A stretch of 32,000 bases of DNA, taken from assembly GCA_964384115.1 (NCBI GenBank), contig CAYLJU010000004.1, positions 14,160 through 46,159 on the forward strand, given 5' to 3'. The stretch comes from an uncultured Muribaculaceae bacterium. Its GTDB lineage: Bacteria > Bacillota_I > Bacilli_A > RF39 > UBA660. How positions within the stretch are numbered: the first letter of the stretch is position 1; every line of letters begins with the position of its first letter. The notes below the pieces were generated by a model. It saw only the letters and a list, made by a program, of their open reading frames with translations, was not told where the DNA came from and made no database searches. The translations under genes and the position numbers were made by a program. This document shows positions 10,804 to 19,194 of the stretch, in pieces.

Positions 10804-11901
10804 ATGGGTTTAACTGTTGGTATTGTTGGATTACCAAATGTTGGTAAATCAACATTATTTAATGCTTTAACAAACAATAATATACTTGCTGCAAATTATC
10901 CATTTGCTACTATTGAGCCTAATGTTGGTATGGTTGCTGTGCCTGATAGAAGATTAGATTTTTTGAATGATATGTATCATCCAGCTTCGCTTGTACCTAC
11001 GTCTTTAGAGTTTACAGATATTGCAGGACTTGTTAAAGGTGCTTCTACTGGTGAGGGACTTGGTAATAAATTTTTATCATATATTAGAGAAGTTGATGCT
11101 ATTTGCGAGGTTGTTAGATGTTTTGATGATGGTAATATTATTCATGTTAATGGTGATATTGATCCTATTCGTGATATTGAAACTATTAGTATTGAGCTTA
11201 TGCTTTCTGATTTAGAAATTGTTACTTCAAGACTTGGTAGGATTGAAAAAAAAGCTGTTATGTCACGTGATAAAGAAGCTTTAAAAGAAGTTGAATTATT
11301 AAAAAAAATTCGTAATGGCTTAGAAGAAAATATTCCTGTTAGACATATGGAATTAAGTGAAGAAGAATTATTAACGATTAAGTCATTTGCTTTGCTTTCA
11401 TCTAAACCTATTATATATATGGCTAATATCGAAGAAAAAGATATATTAAATAGTAATAAATATGTTGATATGGTAAAAGAATATGCATTAAAAGATCAAG
11501 CAGATGTAATTGTCGTATGTGCTAAGGTGGAAGAAGAATTATCTAGTTTATCACTTGCTGATCGGGAAATGTTTTTAGAGGATTTAGGTATTAGTGAAAG
11601 TGGACTTGATAAATTAATTAAGGCATTATATGGATTACTTGGATTAAAAACGTTTTTCACTGCTGGTACTGATGAAGTAAGGGCCTGGACTTTTAAAAAT
11701 GGAATGAAAGCACCTTCGTGCGCTGGTATTATTCATTCTGATTTTGAAAGAGGTTTTATCAAGGCAGAAGTAATGAGTTTTGGTGATTTGAAAGAACTTG
11801 GTAGTGAAAAGGCTGTTAAGGAAGCAGGAAAACTTCGTCTTGAGGGAAAAGAATATCAAATGCAAGATGGAGATATTTGTTATTTCAGATTTAATGTTTA
11901 G
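10804..11901 (+). CDS. ychF: redox-regulated ribosome-binding ATPase YchF
   Basis: GIVGLPNVGKSTLFNALT, NYPFATIEPNVG, FTDIAGLVKGAS, C-terminal TGS-like WTFKNGMKAPSCAGIIHSDFERGFI. Confidence 0.95.
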   Translation: MGLTVGIVGLPNVGKSTLFNALTNNNILAANYPFATIEPNVGMVAVPDRRLDFLNDMYHPASLVPTSLEFTDIAGLVKGASTGEGLGNKFLSYIREVDAICEVVRCFDDGNIIHVNGDIDPIRDIETISIELMLSDLEIVTSRLGRIEKKAVMSRDKEALKEVELLKKIRNGLEENIPVRHMELSEEELLTIKSFALLSSKPIIYMANIEEKDILNSNKYVDMVKEYALKDQADVIVVCAKVEEELSSLSLADREMFLEDLGISESGLDKLIKALYGLLGLKTFFTAGTDEVRAWTFKNGMKAPSCAGIIHSDFERGFIKAEVMSFGDLKELGSEKAVKEAGKLRLEGKEYQMQDGDICYFRFNV

Positions 11902-11905
11902 ACAT

Positions 11906-11962
11906 AAAGACTTGGAAGTTTAAAAAACTTTTGTTTTCTAGTTTACAAGTCTTTTTTTTTTT
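11906..11962 (+). terminator. putative terminator after ychF (long-loop hairpin plus T-run)
   Basis: 9-bp stem AAAGACTTG (11906-11914) / CAAGTCTTT (11946-11954), followed by a run of about 10 T. The 31-nt loop is unusually long, and the 3' arm overlaps the -35 of the rpsF promoter. Confidence 0.4.
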
Positions 11963-11970
11963 GCTATAAT
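11942..11970 (+). promoter_or_regulatory. sigma-A type promoter of the rpsF-ssb-rpsR operon
   Basis: TTTACA (11942-11947), 17-nt spacer, TATAAT (11965-11970), with extended -10 TG at 11962-11963. Confidence 0.55.
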
Positions 11971-12040
11971 CTATGTCGAGTATTTGATTACTCCTTGCTT
12001 TACTTTGTGTAAAGCCTATGACCATGAGGAGGTGAAAAAG
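11971..12040 (+). ncRNA. rpsF 5' leader with hairpin and anti-SD pairing (candidate S6:S18 autoregulatory leader)
   Basis: 7-bp hairpin GCTTTAC (11997-12003) / GTAAAGC (12009-12015). It is flanked by CTCCTT (11991-11996), which can pair with the SD GAGGAG (12026-12031). Confidence 0.35.
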
Positions 12041-12331
12041 ATGAAAAAATATGAAGTTATGTTTATAGTTAAACCAACTTTATCAGGAGAAGAAGTTAAT
12101 GCTGTAGTTAATAAATATAAGAAAGTATTAACTGATAATAATGCATCTGTAACAGGTGAAACTGATATGGGTCAAAGAGAACTTGCTTATGAAATTAAGA
12201 AATTTAAATCAGGTCATTATTTTGTTTTTAATTTTGATACTGAAAATGAAAATGCTGTAAGTGAATTTAATAGACTTGCAACTATTGATTCTGATATTGT
12301 TCGTCATTTAATTACAAAAGTAGGAGAATAA
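12041..12331 (+). CDS. rpsF: 30S ribosomal protein S6
   Basis: MKKYEVMFIVKP...GQRELAYEIKKFKSGHY. ATG 12041 follows GAGGAGG. The longer ORF from 11984 runs through the leader and promoter-proximal region. Confidence 0.93.
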   Translation: MKKYEVMFIVKPTLSGEEVNAVVNKYKKVLTDNNASVTGETDMGQRELAYEIKKFKSGHYFVFNFDTENENAVSEFNRLATIDSDIVRHLITKVGE

Positions 12332-12333
12332 TT

Positions 12334-12759
12334 ATGAATAAAGCATTATTAGTTGGTCGTATTACGACTAAACCAGAACTTAGAACAACTAATTCTGGAA
12401 TACCTTATACACGTTTTAGTGTAGCAATCAATCGCCCTTTTAGTAATAATGGAGAGAGAAGCGCTGACTTTATTAATATTTTAGTTTGGCGAAAACAAGC
12501 TGAAAATGTATGTAATTTCTTAGACAAAGGTAGTCAAGTTGCTATTGAGGGTAGAATACAAACCGGAAATTATACTGATAAAGATGGAAATAATCGTAAT
12601 TCATTTGAAGTTGTTGCAGATAATGTACAATTCCTTGATTCAAAATCTCAAAGAAATAGTGATGTTAGTATGCCTTCAAATGATGGAATTGATATAAGTA
12701 ATGATACTTATAGTGAATTTGGTGAAAGTGTTTCTATAGATGATAATTTCCTAGAATAG
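12334..12759 (+). CDS. ssb: single-stranded DNA-binding protein
   Basis: [19 protein letters not shown]-fold start and acidic C-terminal tip DDNFLE. Sits between rpsF and rpsR. Confidence 0.93.
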   Translation: MNKALLVGRITTKPELRTTNSGIPYTRFSVAINRPFSNNGERSADFINILVWRKQAENVCNFLDKGSQVAIEGRIQTGNYTDKDGNNRNSFEVVADNVQFLDSKSQRNSDVSMPSNDGIDISNDTYSEFGESVSIDDNFLE

Positions 12760-12767
12760 GAGAATAT

Positions 12768-12986
12768 ATGGCTGAATTTTATAGAAAAAAGAAAAAAGTA
12801 TGTCAAATGTGTGCTGGAAAAACAGTTGATTATAAAGATGTTGATATTATTAAAAAATATGTAAGCGCTGATAAAGGTAAAATTTTACCTCGTCGTATTA
12901 CTGGTGCTTGCGCTAAACATCAAAGATTTATAGCTGGTGAAGTAAAGAAAGCACGTTTTATGGCTTTAATACCATTTGTTAAATAA
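12768..12986 (+). CDS. rpsR: 30S ribosomal protein S18
   Basis: [44 protein letters not shown]. Confidence 0.93.
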   Translation: MAEFYRKKKKVCQMCAGKTVDYKDVDIIKKYVSADKGKILPRRITGACAKHQRFIAGEVKKARFMALIPFVK

Positions 12987-13009
12987 GAACTTCGGTTCTT
13001 TTTTATTTT
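12985..13009 (+). terminator. intrinsic terminator of the rpsF operon
   Basis: AAGAAC / TTCG tetraloop / GTTCTT, followed by TTTTATTTT. Confidence 0.7.
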
Positions 13010-13059
13010 ATATAGTATTTTTTATTGATTTTTGTTATAATTAATGTGTGATATGTAAT

Positions 13060-13758
13060 ATGAAATATATAGAAGTTCGTAATTTAAAATATAAAAATAT
13101 TTTTAAAGGTGTTTCTTTTTGTTTAACTGAAAAATGGAATTCTTTTTATGGAAATGAAAAAAGGGATGAACTTATATCTATTTTGCTTGGAAATTGTGAT
13201 TATGAAGGATATATTAATATAGATGGCAATTTTTTAAATAAAAATACTATTTATAATTTAAAAAATAAACTTTATTTAGTAGATAGAAAAAGTGTTTCTT
13301 ATTTTGTTGGTAATAATTTATATGATGAATTATTAATGACTGGTAATAATAAAGAATTAATTGATGATTATATTATAAATTTTCGATTAAGTAATTACAA
13401 ATTTTCTAAAATTGATACTATTCCTTTTGATAAAAAAATTATTGTTTCTATTTTATATGGTATTTTAAAAAAGTACAAATTTATTTATTTAAATAATGTT
13501 TTATGTTTTTTAGAAAAAGAAGATATTATTGCTATATATAATTCATTTATAAAAAATAATATTATAGTATTAAATTTTACGACTAATCCAGATGAATTAA
13601 TTTTTTCTTCTAAAGTTATTATGTTAAAAGATTTTGATGAGTTAGATGTTAAATCTATCAATGATATTAAAATAATTGATTTATGTGATAGGCTTATTAA
13701 TTATGGCGTACTTGATCAAAAATATACTAGTATAGAAGGTGTTGTATCTAATTTATGA
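13060..13758 (+). CDS. degenerate ECF-transporter ATPase-like protein (EcfA1 position; ABC motifs lost)
   Basis: IEVRNLKY..IFKGVSFCL aligns with the ABC N-terminus. The Walker A position reads FYGNEKRDELISILLGN. The signature / Walker B region reads IPFDKKIIVSILYGILKKYKFIYLNNVLCFLEKED. First of three genes immediately upstream of truA. An extended -10 TGtTATAAT lies at 13033-13041. Confidence 0.55.
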   Translation: MKYIEVRNLKYKNIFKGVSFCLTEKWNSFYGNEKRDELISILLGNCDYEGYINIDGNFLNKNTIYNLKNKLYLVDRKSVSYFVGNNLYDELLMTGNNKELIDDYIINFRLSNYKFSKIDTIPFDKKIIVSILYGILKKYKFIYLNNVLCFLEKEDIIAIYNSFIKNNIIVLNFTTNPDELIFSSKVIMLKDFDELDVKSINDIKIIDLCDRLINYGVLDQKYTSIEGVVSNL

Positions 13759-14324
13759 TAATAGATGGTTATGAATTTAAGGGTATAATAAATGGATTTA
13801 CTTTAGATGAAACATTAATTAATTTTAAAAATGAAATAATTGATATAGATAAACAAATACTATGTGTTTCTAAAAAAAAATTAAAGGGTAATGCTAGTAA
13901 ATATATTGATATAGATAGTTTACTATTAAAAAAAAATTTAAGTCATTATGAAAAATTCCTTGTTTTATTGGAAAGTTATTTACTTAATAATCCTGATTGT
14001 ATTGTTTTTAAAAATCTTTTTTGTGATTTTTCAAATGATGAATTAAAAGATTTAGTTTTATTATTTAGAGATTTAAAAAAGAAAAAAGTATGCAAATTTA
14101 TAATTTGTTCTAAAAATGCAGAAATTATTTTAAGTTTATGTGATTATGTTATTGATGAAAGTGGTAGTGGTAAAACTATTGCTGTTTATAAAAATAAAAA
14201 AAATAATTTGCCATTTTGTATTAAGTTTGCAAAAGAACTTGAAGAATGTAAGGGTAAGAAAATAGGAATTTATCGTAATAATATACCTGATTTAGCAAAG
14301 GATGTGTATAGGTATGTGGAATAA
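13755..14324 (+). CDS. truncated, degenerate ECF-transporter ATPase-like protein (EcfA2 position)
   Basis: LSHYEKFLVLLESYLLNNPDCIVFKNLFCDFSNDE aligns with LSGGQ...ILDEPT..LD but with the catalytic residues replaced. The whole P-loop half is missing (189 aa). The C-terminal LPFCIKFAKELEECKGKKIG resembles the EcfA C-terminal helices. ATGA overlap with the upstream gene. Confidence 0.5.
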   Translation: MIIDGYEFKGIINGFTLDETLINFKNEIIDIDKQILCVSKKKLKGNASKYIDIDSLLLKKNLSHYEKFLVLLESYLLNNPDCIVFKNLFCDFSNDELKDLVLLFRDLKKKKVCKFIICSKNAEIILSLCDYVIDESGSGKTIAVYKNKKNNLPFCIKFAKELEECKGKKIGIYRNNIPDLAKDVYRYVE

Positions 14325-14916
14325 TATTGTTAGGTCTGTACCATCTTATTTTAAAATAATATCTATGTTATTATTTTGTTTGTCAACTGTCATTTGTTTT
14401 GATTATTTAGGAATAATATTACTTTTTTGTATTCTTTTATTTGTAACTATAAGAAGTGATATTAATGTTTCTGTATATATATTACCGATATATGAAGTTT
14501 TAATTCTTGTATTTTTGTGTTTTATTTGTCATTTACATTTTATTTATATTTTTAAAATTATATTAATTTTGTGTTATATAAAATATTTATTAGCTGTTAA
14601 TAACTATTTAACATTAGATAATTCTTTAACAAAAATATTTAGATATGGTTTTTTTAAAATAATAAAAAAATATGATATTTTAAGGTCTTATTATAAATTA
14701 AATGTAAAAACAAATTATTCTTTATATAGTAAAAAAAATAGATTTAAATCTTTATATTTAGCATATATAGAAGTTAAAAATGATAATATGCAAAAAATAG
14801 TAAACTCTAGAAATTATTTAATTGTTGAGTCTAAAAAAAATGTATACGATTATTTATTTGTTATAATGCATGCATTATGTTTGATTTTTTGCTTATTTTT
14901 GGAGGTATATAGATGA
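14302..14916 (+). CDS. small polytopic membrane protein at the EcfT position (EcfT-like, highly diverged)
   Basis: 204 aa with several hydrophobic helices. Overlaps the previous gene and overlaps truA by ATGA. The call is positional only; I could not see the EcfT Ala-Arg-Gly motifs. ATG 14314 is an alternative start. Confidence 0.4.
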   Translation: MCIGMWNNIVRSVPSYFKIISMLLFCLSTVICFDYLGIILLFCILLFVTIRSDINVSVYILPIYEVLILVFLCFICHLHFIYIFKIILILCYIKYLLAVNNYLTLDNSLTKIFRYGFFKIIKKYDILRSYYKLNVKTNYSLYSKKNRFKSLYLAYIEVKNDNMQKIVNSRNYLIVESKKNVYDYLFVIMHALCLIFCLFLEVYR

Positions 14917-15638
14917 GATATTTTATGAAATTTAGTTATAATGGTTCTAAATTTAATGGTTATCAGAAACAAGTTGATAAGCGTACTGTTCAGGGAGATT
15001 TAGAAACTACTTTAAGCAAAATTTTTAATTCCAATATAAGAGTTGTTGCTTCTGGTAGAACAGATGCTGGTGTTCATGCATATAACCAATGTTTACATTT
15101 CGATTCTTCTAAAGTTTTTGATTTTGAAAAATTGAGATATTCTTTGAATAGTTTACTTAATAATATTTATATAAAAGAAATATATAGTGTTTCTTCAAGT
15201 TTTCATGCAAGATATGATGTTATAAGTAAAGAATATGTTTATAAAATTAACATTGGTGAATTTGATCCTATAATGGAGGAATATGTTTATCAGTATAATA
15301 AAAATTTGGATATAGAAAAAATGAAGGAAGCAATTAAATTTTTTGTTGGTGAACATGATTTTAGATCATTTACTTCTTTGGATTATGAAAAAAACTGTAA
15401 TCGTATCATTTATAGCGCGAATATAAGTTTAAAAGATAATATTATTAGTATTGATTTTGTTGGTAATGGTTTTTTAAAATATATGGTTAGAAATATGGTT
15501 GGTTTATTAATAGAAATAGGAGCTTCAAAACGTGATACTGAATCTGTTAAAAAGATACTTGATCTAAAAGATAGAAAAGAAGCTGGTATATGTGCTTCTG
15601 CTTGTGGATTATACTTAGTTAACGTTAATTATAGTTGA
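14913..15638 (+). CDS. truA: tRNA pseudouridine(38-40) synthase TruA
   Basis: YNGSKFNGYQKQ, ASGRTDAGVHA, HDFRSF, FLKYMVRNMVG. GGAGG RBS. Confidence 0.93.
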   Translation: MRYFMKFSYNGSKFNGYQKQVDKRTVQGDLETTLSKIFNSNIRVVASGRTDAGVHAYNQCLHFDSSKVFDFEKLRYSLNSLLNNIYIKEIYSVSSSFHARYDVISKEYVYKINIGEFDPIMEEYVYQYNKNLDIEKMKEAIKFFVGEHDFRSFTSLDYEKNCNRIIYSANISLKDNIISIDFVGNGFLKYMVRNMVGLLIEIGASKRDTESVKKILDLKDRKEAGICASACGLYLVNVNYS

Positions 15639-15664
15639 AAATTTAAGAAATTTGTTTTTTTAGG

Positions 15665-15693
15665 TTGACAAAGGTATTCTATTTTAATATAAT
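15665..15693 (+). promoter_or_regulatory. consensus sigma-A promoter of rplM-rpsI
   Basis: TTGACA (15665-15670), 17-nt spacer, TATAAT (15688-15693). Confidence 0.65.
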
Positions 15694-15699
15694 CTATAC

Positions 15700-15770
15700 T
15701 GGTACATTTTATTAAGCCCATTAGATCGAATCTTGGGACAATTCGATCAAAATTAAGAAAGGGAAAGAAT
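15700..15770 (+). ncRNA. rplM 5' leader hairpin (candidate L13-type ribosomal-protein leader)
   Basis: Perfect 8-bp stem GATCGAAT (15724-15731) / ATTCGATC (15741-15748) with loop CTTGGGACA, about 20 nt before the RBS. Confidence 0.35.
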
Positions 15771-16205
15771 ATGAAAAATAGTTATATGCAAAGAGCAGAA
15801 GACGTAAAACGTGATTGGTATGTAATTGATGCTACTGATGTTAATTTAGGTAGATTAGCTACAAAAGTTGCGCATGTTTTACGCGGAAAGCATAAACCAA
15901 CTTTTACACCTCATGTTGATTGTGGAGATTGTGTAATTGTTATAAATGCTTCAAAAGTTAATTTAACTGGTGATAAGTTAGATAACAAAATTTATTATAA
16001 CCATAGTGGTTATACTGGTGGTCTTCGTGAAAGAACTGCTAGAGTAATGAAAGAAAAATATCCAGTAGAAATGGTTGAAAGAGCTGTTAAAGGAATGCTT
16101 CCTAAAGGACGTTTAGGTCGTCAAATGTATACTAAATTATTTGTATATGAAGGAGAAAATCATCCACATGCTGCTCAAAAACCAGTGAAAATGGAAGTTA
16201 AGTAG
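15771..16205 (+). CDS. rplM: 50S ribosomal protein L13
   Basis: KRDWYVIDA...[30 protein letters not shown]. Confidence 0.95.
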   Translation: MKNSYMQRAEDVKRDWYVIDATDVNLGRLATKVAHVLRGKHKPTFTPHVDCGDCVIVINASKVNLTGDKLDNKIYYNHSGYTGGLRERTARVMKEKYPVEMVERAVKGMLPKGRLGRQMYTKLFVYEGENHPHAAQKPVKMEVK

Positions 16206-16213
16206 GAGGAAAT

Positions 16214-16627
16214 ATGGCAGAAAGATTATTTATTGGAACTGGTCGCAGAAAATCTTCTGTAGCCCAAGTTAGAATGGTACCTGGAACAGGTAAAATTACT
16301 GTTAATGGTCGTGACGTTCATGATTTCTTTCCATATGAAACTAACGTTATGGATTTAAAACAACCACTTGTTGCAACTAACAATGAAAATACTTTTGATA
16401 TTGATGTAGTTGTTAAGGGTGGAGGTTTTACTGGCCAAACTGGTGCGATTCGTTTAGGTATTACTCGTGCATTATTAGAGTATGATAAAGCAAACGAAGG
16501 CAATGAAAATAGTTATCGTAAATTATTAAAAGTTGCTGGTTTTGTTACTCGTGATTCTCGTAAGAAAGAACGTAAAAAACCAGGTCTTAAAGCTGCTCGT
16601 CGTGCACCACAATTCAGTAAGAGATAA
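16214..16627 (+). CDS. rpsI: 30S ribosomal protein S9
   Basis: [11 protein letters not shown]...[26 protein letters not shown]-terminal [18 protein letters not shown]. Confidence 0.95.
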   Translation: MAERLFIGTGRRKSSVAQVRMVPGTGKITVNGRDVHDFFPYETNVMDLKQPLVATNNENTFDIDVVVKGGGFTGQTGAIRLGITRALLEYDKANEGNENSYRKLLKVAGFVTRDSRKKERKKPGLKAARRAPQFSKR

Positions 16628-16644
16628 TATTATTGTTTTGTTAA

Positions 16645-16673
16645 ACTCAATAGGTTCTATCTATTGGGTTTTT
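16645..16673 (+). terminator. intrinsic terminator after rpsI
   Basis: About 10-bp stem ACTCAATAGG / CTATTGGGT (with G-U pairs), loop near 16556-16558 offset by 100, i.e. 16656-16658, followed by TTTTT. Confidence 0.65.
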
Positions 16674-16744
16674 ATATTGTTTAAATTTATATAATGGACA
16701 ATATTAAATTATTTTGATAAAATTATGTTGTGAGATGATTAATT

Positions 16745-16954
16745 ATGATTTTAGAAGGAAAAATTATTGATATTAATGAATGTTTTGGTACTGTTGAAAT
16801 TGGTGATATTAAATATAAATTTTCTTTGAATCTTGTTTATGGGGATAAAATTGAAATTGGTAATTTAGTAAAGGTTAGATTAGAAAATGGTATCGTTAAA
16901 ATAGTTAATAAATATGAAATTGTTGAATTGGAGGAATTTTTAGATGTTGATTAA
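16745..16954 (+). CDS. small hypothetical protein (69 aa, beta-rich look)
   Basis: Intact ORF overlapping the downstream methyltransferase gene by 11 nt. No motif recognised. Confidence 0.4.
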   Translation: MILEGKIIDINECFGTVEIGDIKYKFSLNLVYGDKIEIGNLVKVRLENGIVKIVNKYEIVELEEFLDVD

Positions 16955-17801
16955 TTATGATTTTAAAGATTATGAATGCATAGATGCAGGTAATGGTGAA
17001 AAAATAGAGAGATTTGGTAAAATTATACTTAGAAGACCTGATCCACAAGCAATGTGGAATTCTAATTTAGATGAATATAAAAATTTAGATGGCTTTTATC
17101 ATAGAAGTGATAAAGGTGGAGGTTATTGGGAATATTTTACAAAGTTTCCACCTTATTTTTCTATTAATTATAAAGATTTAACATTTAAAGTTGGTCCTAC
17201 TAATTTTAAACATATGGGTATTTTTCCAGAACAGTCTGTTAACTGGGATTATATGATGGATAAAATAAAAAAAAGTGGAAGAAAAATTAAAGTTTTAAAT
17301 TTATTTGCATATACTGGTTGCGCGACTATGGCTTGTAGTAAAGCTGGAGCTGATGTTGTACATGTTGATGCTTCTAAGGGAATGATAGAGTGGGCGAAGG
17401 AAAATATGAGACTTTCTCATTTGGAAAATAATAGTATTCGTTTTATATGTGATGATTGTTTAAAATTTGTTCAAAGAGAAGCAAGGAGAGGAAATAAATA
17501 TGATGCAATTATAATGGATCCACCTAGTTATGGAAGGGGACCTAATGGAGAAGTTTGGAAATTTGAAGATTCATTGTATGTTTTGATTGATGCATGTAAT
17601 AAAATACTAAGTGATAAACCATTATTTTTCTTAATTAATTCTTATACTACTGGTGTATCTAGTACCGTTCTTGCTAATATTTTAAAAACAACGATTAATT
17701 TAGAAGGAAATATTTCTTGCGGTGAGATAGGTCTTCCTATTACTAAAAGAAATTTAGTTTTACCTTGTGGTATATATGGAAGATGGGAATCAAATGATTA
17801 A
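16944..17801 (+). CDS. class I SAM-dependent (rRNA-type, RlmI/COG1092-like) methyltransferase
   Basis: SAM motif I VLNLFAYTGCATMACSKAGA, VHVDASK, catalytic-type IIMDPPSYGRG. GGAGGA RBS 8 nt upstream. Confidence 0.75.
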   Translation: MLINYDFKDYECIDAGNGEKIERFGKIILRRPDPQAMWNSNLDEYKNLDGFYHRSDKGGGYWEYFTKFPPYFSINYKDLTFKVGPTNFKHMGIFPEQSVNWDYMMDKIKKSGRKIKVLNLFAYTGCATMACSKAGADVVHVDASKGMIEWAKENMRLSHLENNSIRFICDDCLKFVQREARRGNKYDAIIMDPPSYGRGPNGEVWKFEDSLYVLIDACNKILSDKPLFFLINSYTTGVSSTVLANILKTTINLEGNISCGEIGLPITKRNLVLPCGIYGRWESND

Positions 17802-18438
17802 TATTTTATATGAAGATAATCATTTATTAGTTGCTTTAAAGCCTGTAAATATTCCAGTTTGTGAAGATAGTTCTTCTGACGATGATTTTTTAAATATGCT
17901 AAAGCGTTATTTGGAAGAAAAGTATAATAAAAAAAATGCTTTTTTAGGTCTTGTCCATAGATTAGATAGACCTGTTGGAGGGGTTATGGTTTTTGCAAAA
18001 ACTTCTAAAGCTGCTAGTAGATTAAGTGAACAAATTAGAAAGAAAGAATTTGAAAAAAAATATTATGCTGTTGTTTGTGGGAAAATTCCTGAAAAAGGAA
18101 GGTTTGTTGATAAGTTAGAAAAGGATAGTAAGAGAAATTTTTCTTTTGTTTCGGAAAAAGGTAAAGAAAGTTCTTTAACTTTTGAACGAATTAAAACTAA
18201 TGGTAAATATTCTCTTGTTTCTGTTTCTTTAGAAACTGGTAGAAGCCATCAAATAAGAGTTCAATTTTCAAGTCATGGTTTTCCTTTATATGGGGATCAA
18301 AAATATAATAAAAAAGCTAATTTGCATGAGCAGATAGCTTTGTTTGCTTACTTTTTATCATTTATTCATCCTGTTAAAAAAGAAAGAGTAACATTTGAAG
18401 TTGATATTCCTGATATTTATCCTTTTAATTTTAGCTAA
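17794..18438 (+). CDS. RluA-family pseudouridine synthase
   Basis: LVHRLDRPVGGVMVFAKT (catalytic Asp motif), TGRSHQIRVQ, HPV. ATG 17794 overlaps the stop of the methyltransferase gene. Confidence 0.85.
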   Translation: MINILYEDNHLLVALKPVNIPVCEDSSSDDDFLNMLKRYLEEKYNKKNAFLGLVHRLDRPVGGVMVFAKTSKAASRLSEQIRKKEFEKKYYAVVCGKIPEKGRFVDKLEKDSKRNFSFVSEKGKESSLTFERIKTNGKYSLVSVSLETGRSHQIRVQFSSHGFPLYGDQKYNKKANLHEQIALFAYFLSFIHPVKKERVTFEVDIPDIYPFNFS

Positions 18439-19180
18439 ATGCTAAATCTAATATTGTCATTATTAAGAAACCTATCATAAAGACAATTGACATAATGTCT
18501 TTTTTTTGACTTTTTTGACTTTCTGGTATTAATTCAGCAATACTTACAAATATCATTGCACTTGCTGCAAACATTAACATATATGGTAAAATAGTTGTAA
18601 CTTTTATAACTAGATATGCTCCAATGCATGCAAATATTGGTTCTACTATTGCACTTAAACTTCCATATATAAAGGCTTTTTTTCTTGAGTATCCTTCTTT
18701 TAATAGTGGTAATGAAATGGCAGAGCCTTCAGGAAAATTTTGAATTCCTATTCCAATTGCAACTGCTATGGCAGCTCCAATATTGGTTTTGGCTAGTGAG
18801 CCAAAAGCAACTCCTATTGCTAAACCTTCTGGTATATTGTGTAATGTTATTGAAAATAAAAGGAGCAGTGATTTTTTACTTTCAAATTTTGAACATGCTT
18901 TTTCTAATATATATAATAAAACTGTTCCTAAAAAGAATCCTATTATTGTTGGATAGAGTATGTTTATATTTTCATATTCGATTGCTGGTAATATTAATGA
19001 AAAAAATGATGCTGCTATCATTATACCTGCTGAAAAACCAAGCATTGCTTCATTAATTGTTTTATTAGTTTTTTTGAAAAAAAACACTATACTAGATCCT
19101 AATGAAGTAATAATAAATGTTGCTGTTCCAGCAATGAAGGCAAGTAAAACAGGATTTAAATCTTTTAAACTATTAAACAT
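18431..19180 (-). CDS. zupT: ZIP-family zinc/divalent metal transporter ZupT-like
   Basis: 249 aa polytopic protein with HNIPEGLAIGVAFG and QNFPEGSAISLPL motifs. AGGAGG RBS (complement of 19185-19190). The only minus-strand gene in the window. Confidence 0.85.
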   Translation of the reverse strand: MFNSLKDLNPVLLAFIAGTATFIITSLGSSIVFFFKKTNKTINEAMLGFSAGIMIAASFFSLILPAIEYENINILYPTIIGFFLGTVLLYILEKACSKFESKKSLLLLFSITLHNIPEGLAIGVAFGSLAKTNIGAAIAVAIGIGIQNFPEGSAISLPLLKEGYSRKKAFIYGSLSAIVEPIFACIGAYLVIKVTTILPYMLMFAASAMIFVSIAELIPESQKSQKKDIMSIVFMIGFLIMTILDLAFS

Positions 19181-19194
19181 TTTTCCTCCTATAA

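Noticed and set aside
11021-11865. ORFs 11021-11215 (+) and 11644-11865 (-) inside ychF
   Set aside because: Both are alternative or antisense frames of a highly conserved GTPase-fold gene. The translations are leucine/phenylalanine-rich nonsense with no start context.
11984-12040. 19-codon extension of rpsF
   Set aside because: It begins only 14 nt after the promoter -10 and runs through the leader hairpin. Canonical S6 starts at MKKYEVMFIV, after the GAGGAGG.
16318-16503. 61-aa minus-strand ORF inside rpsI
   Set aside because: It is the antisense shadow of ribosomal protein S9.
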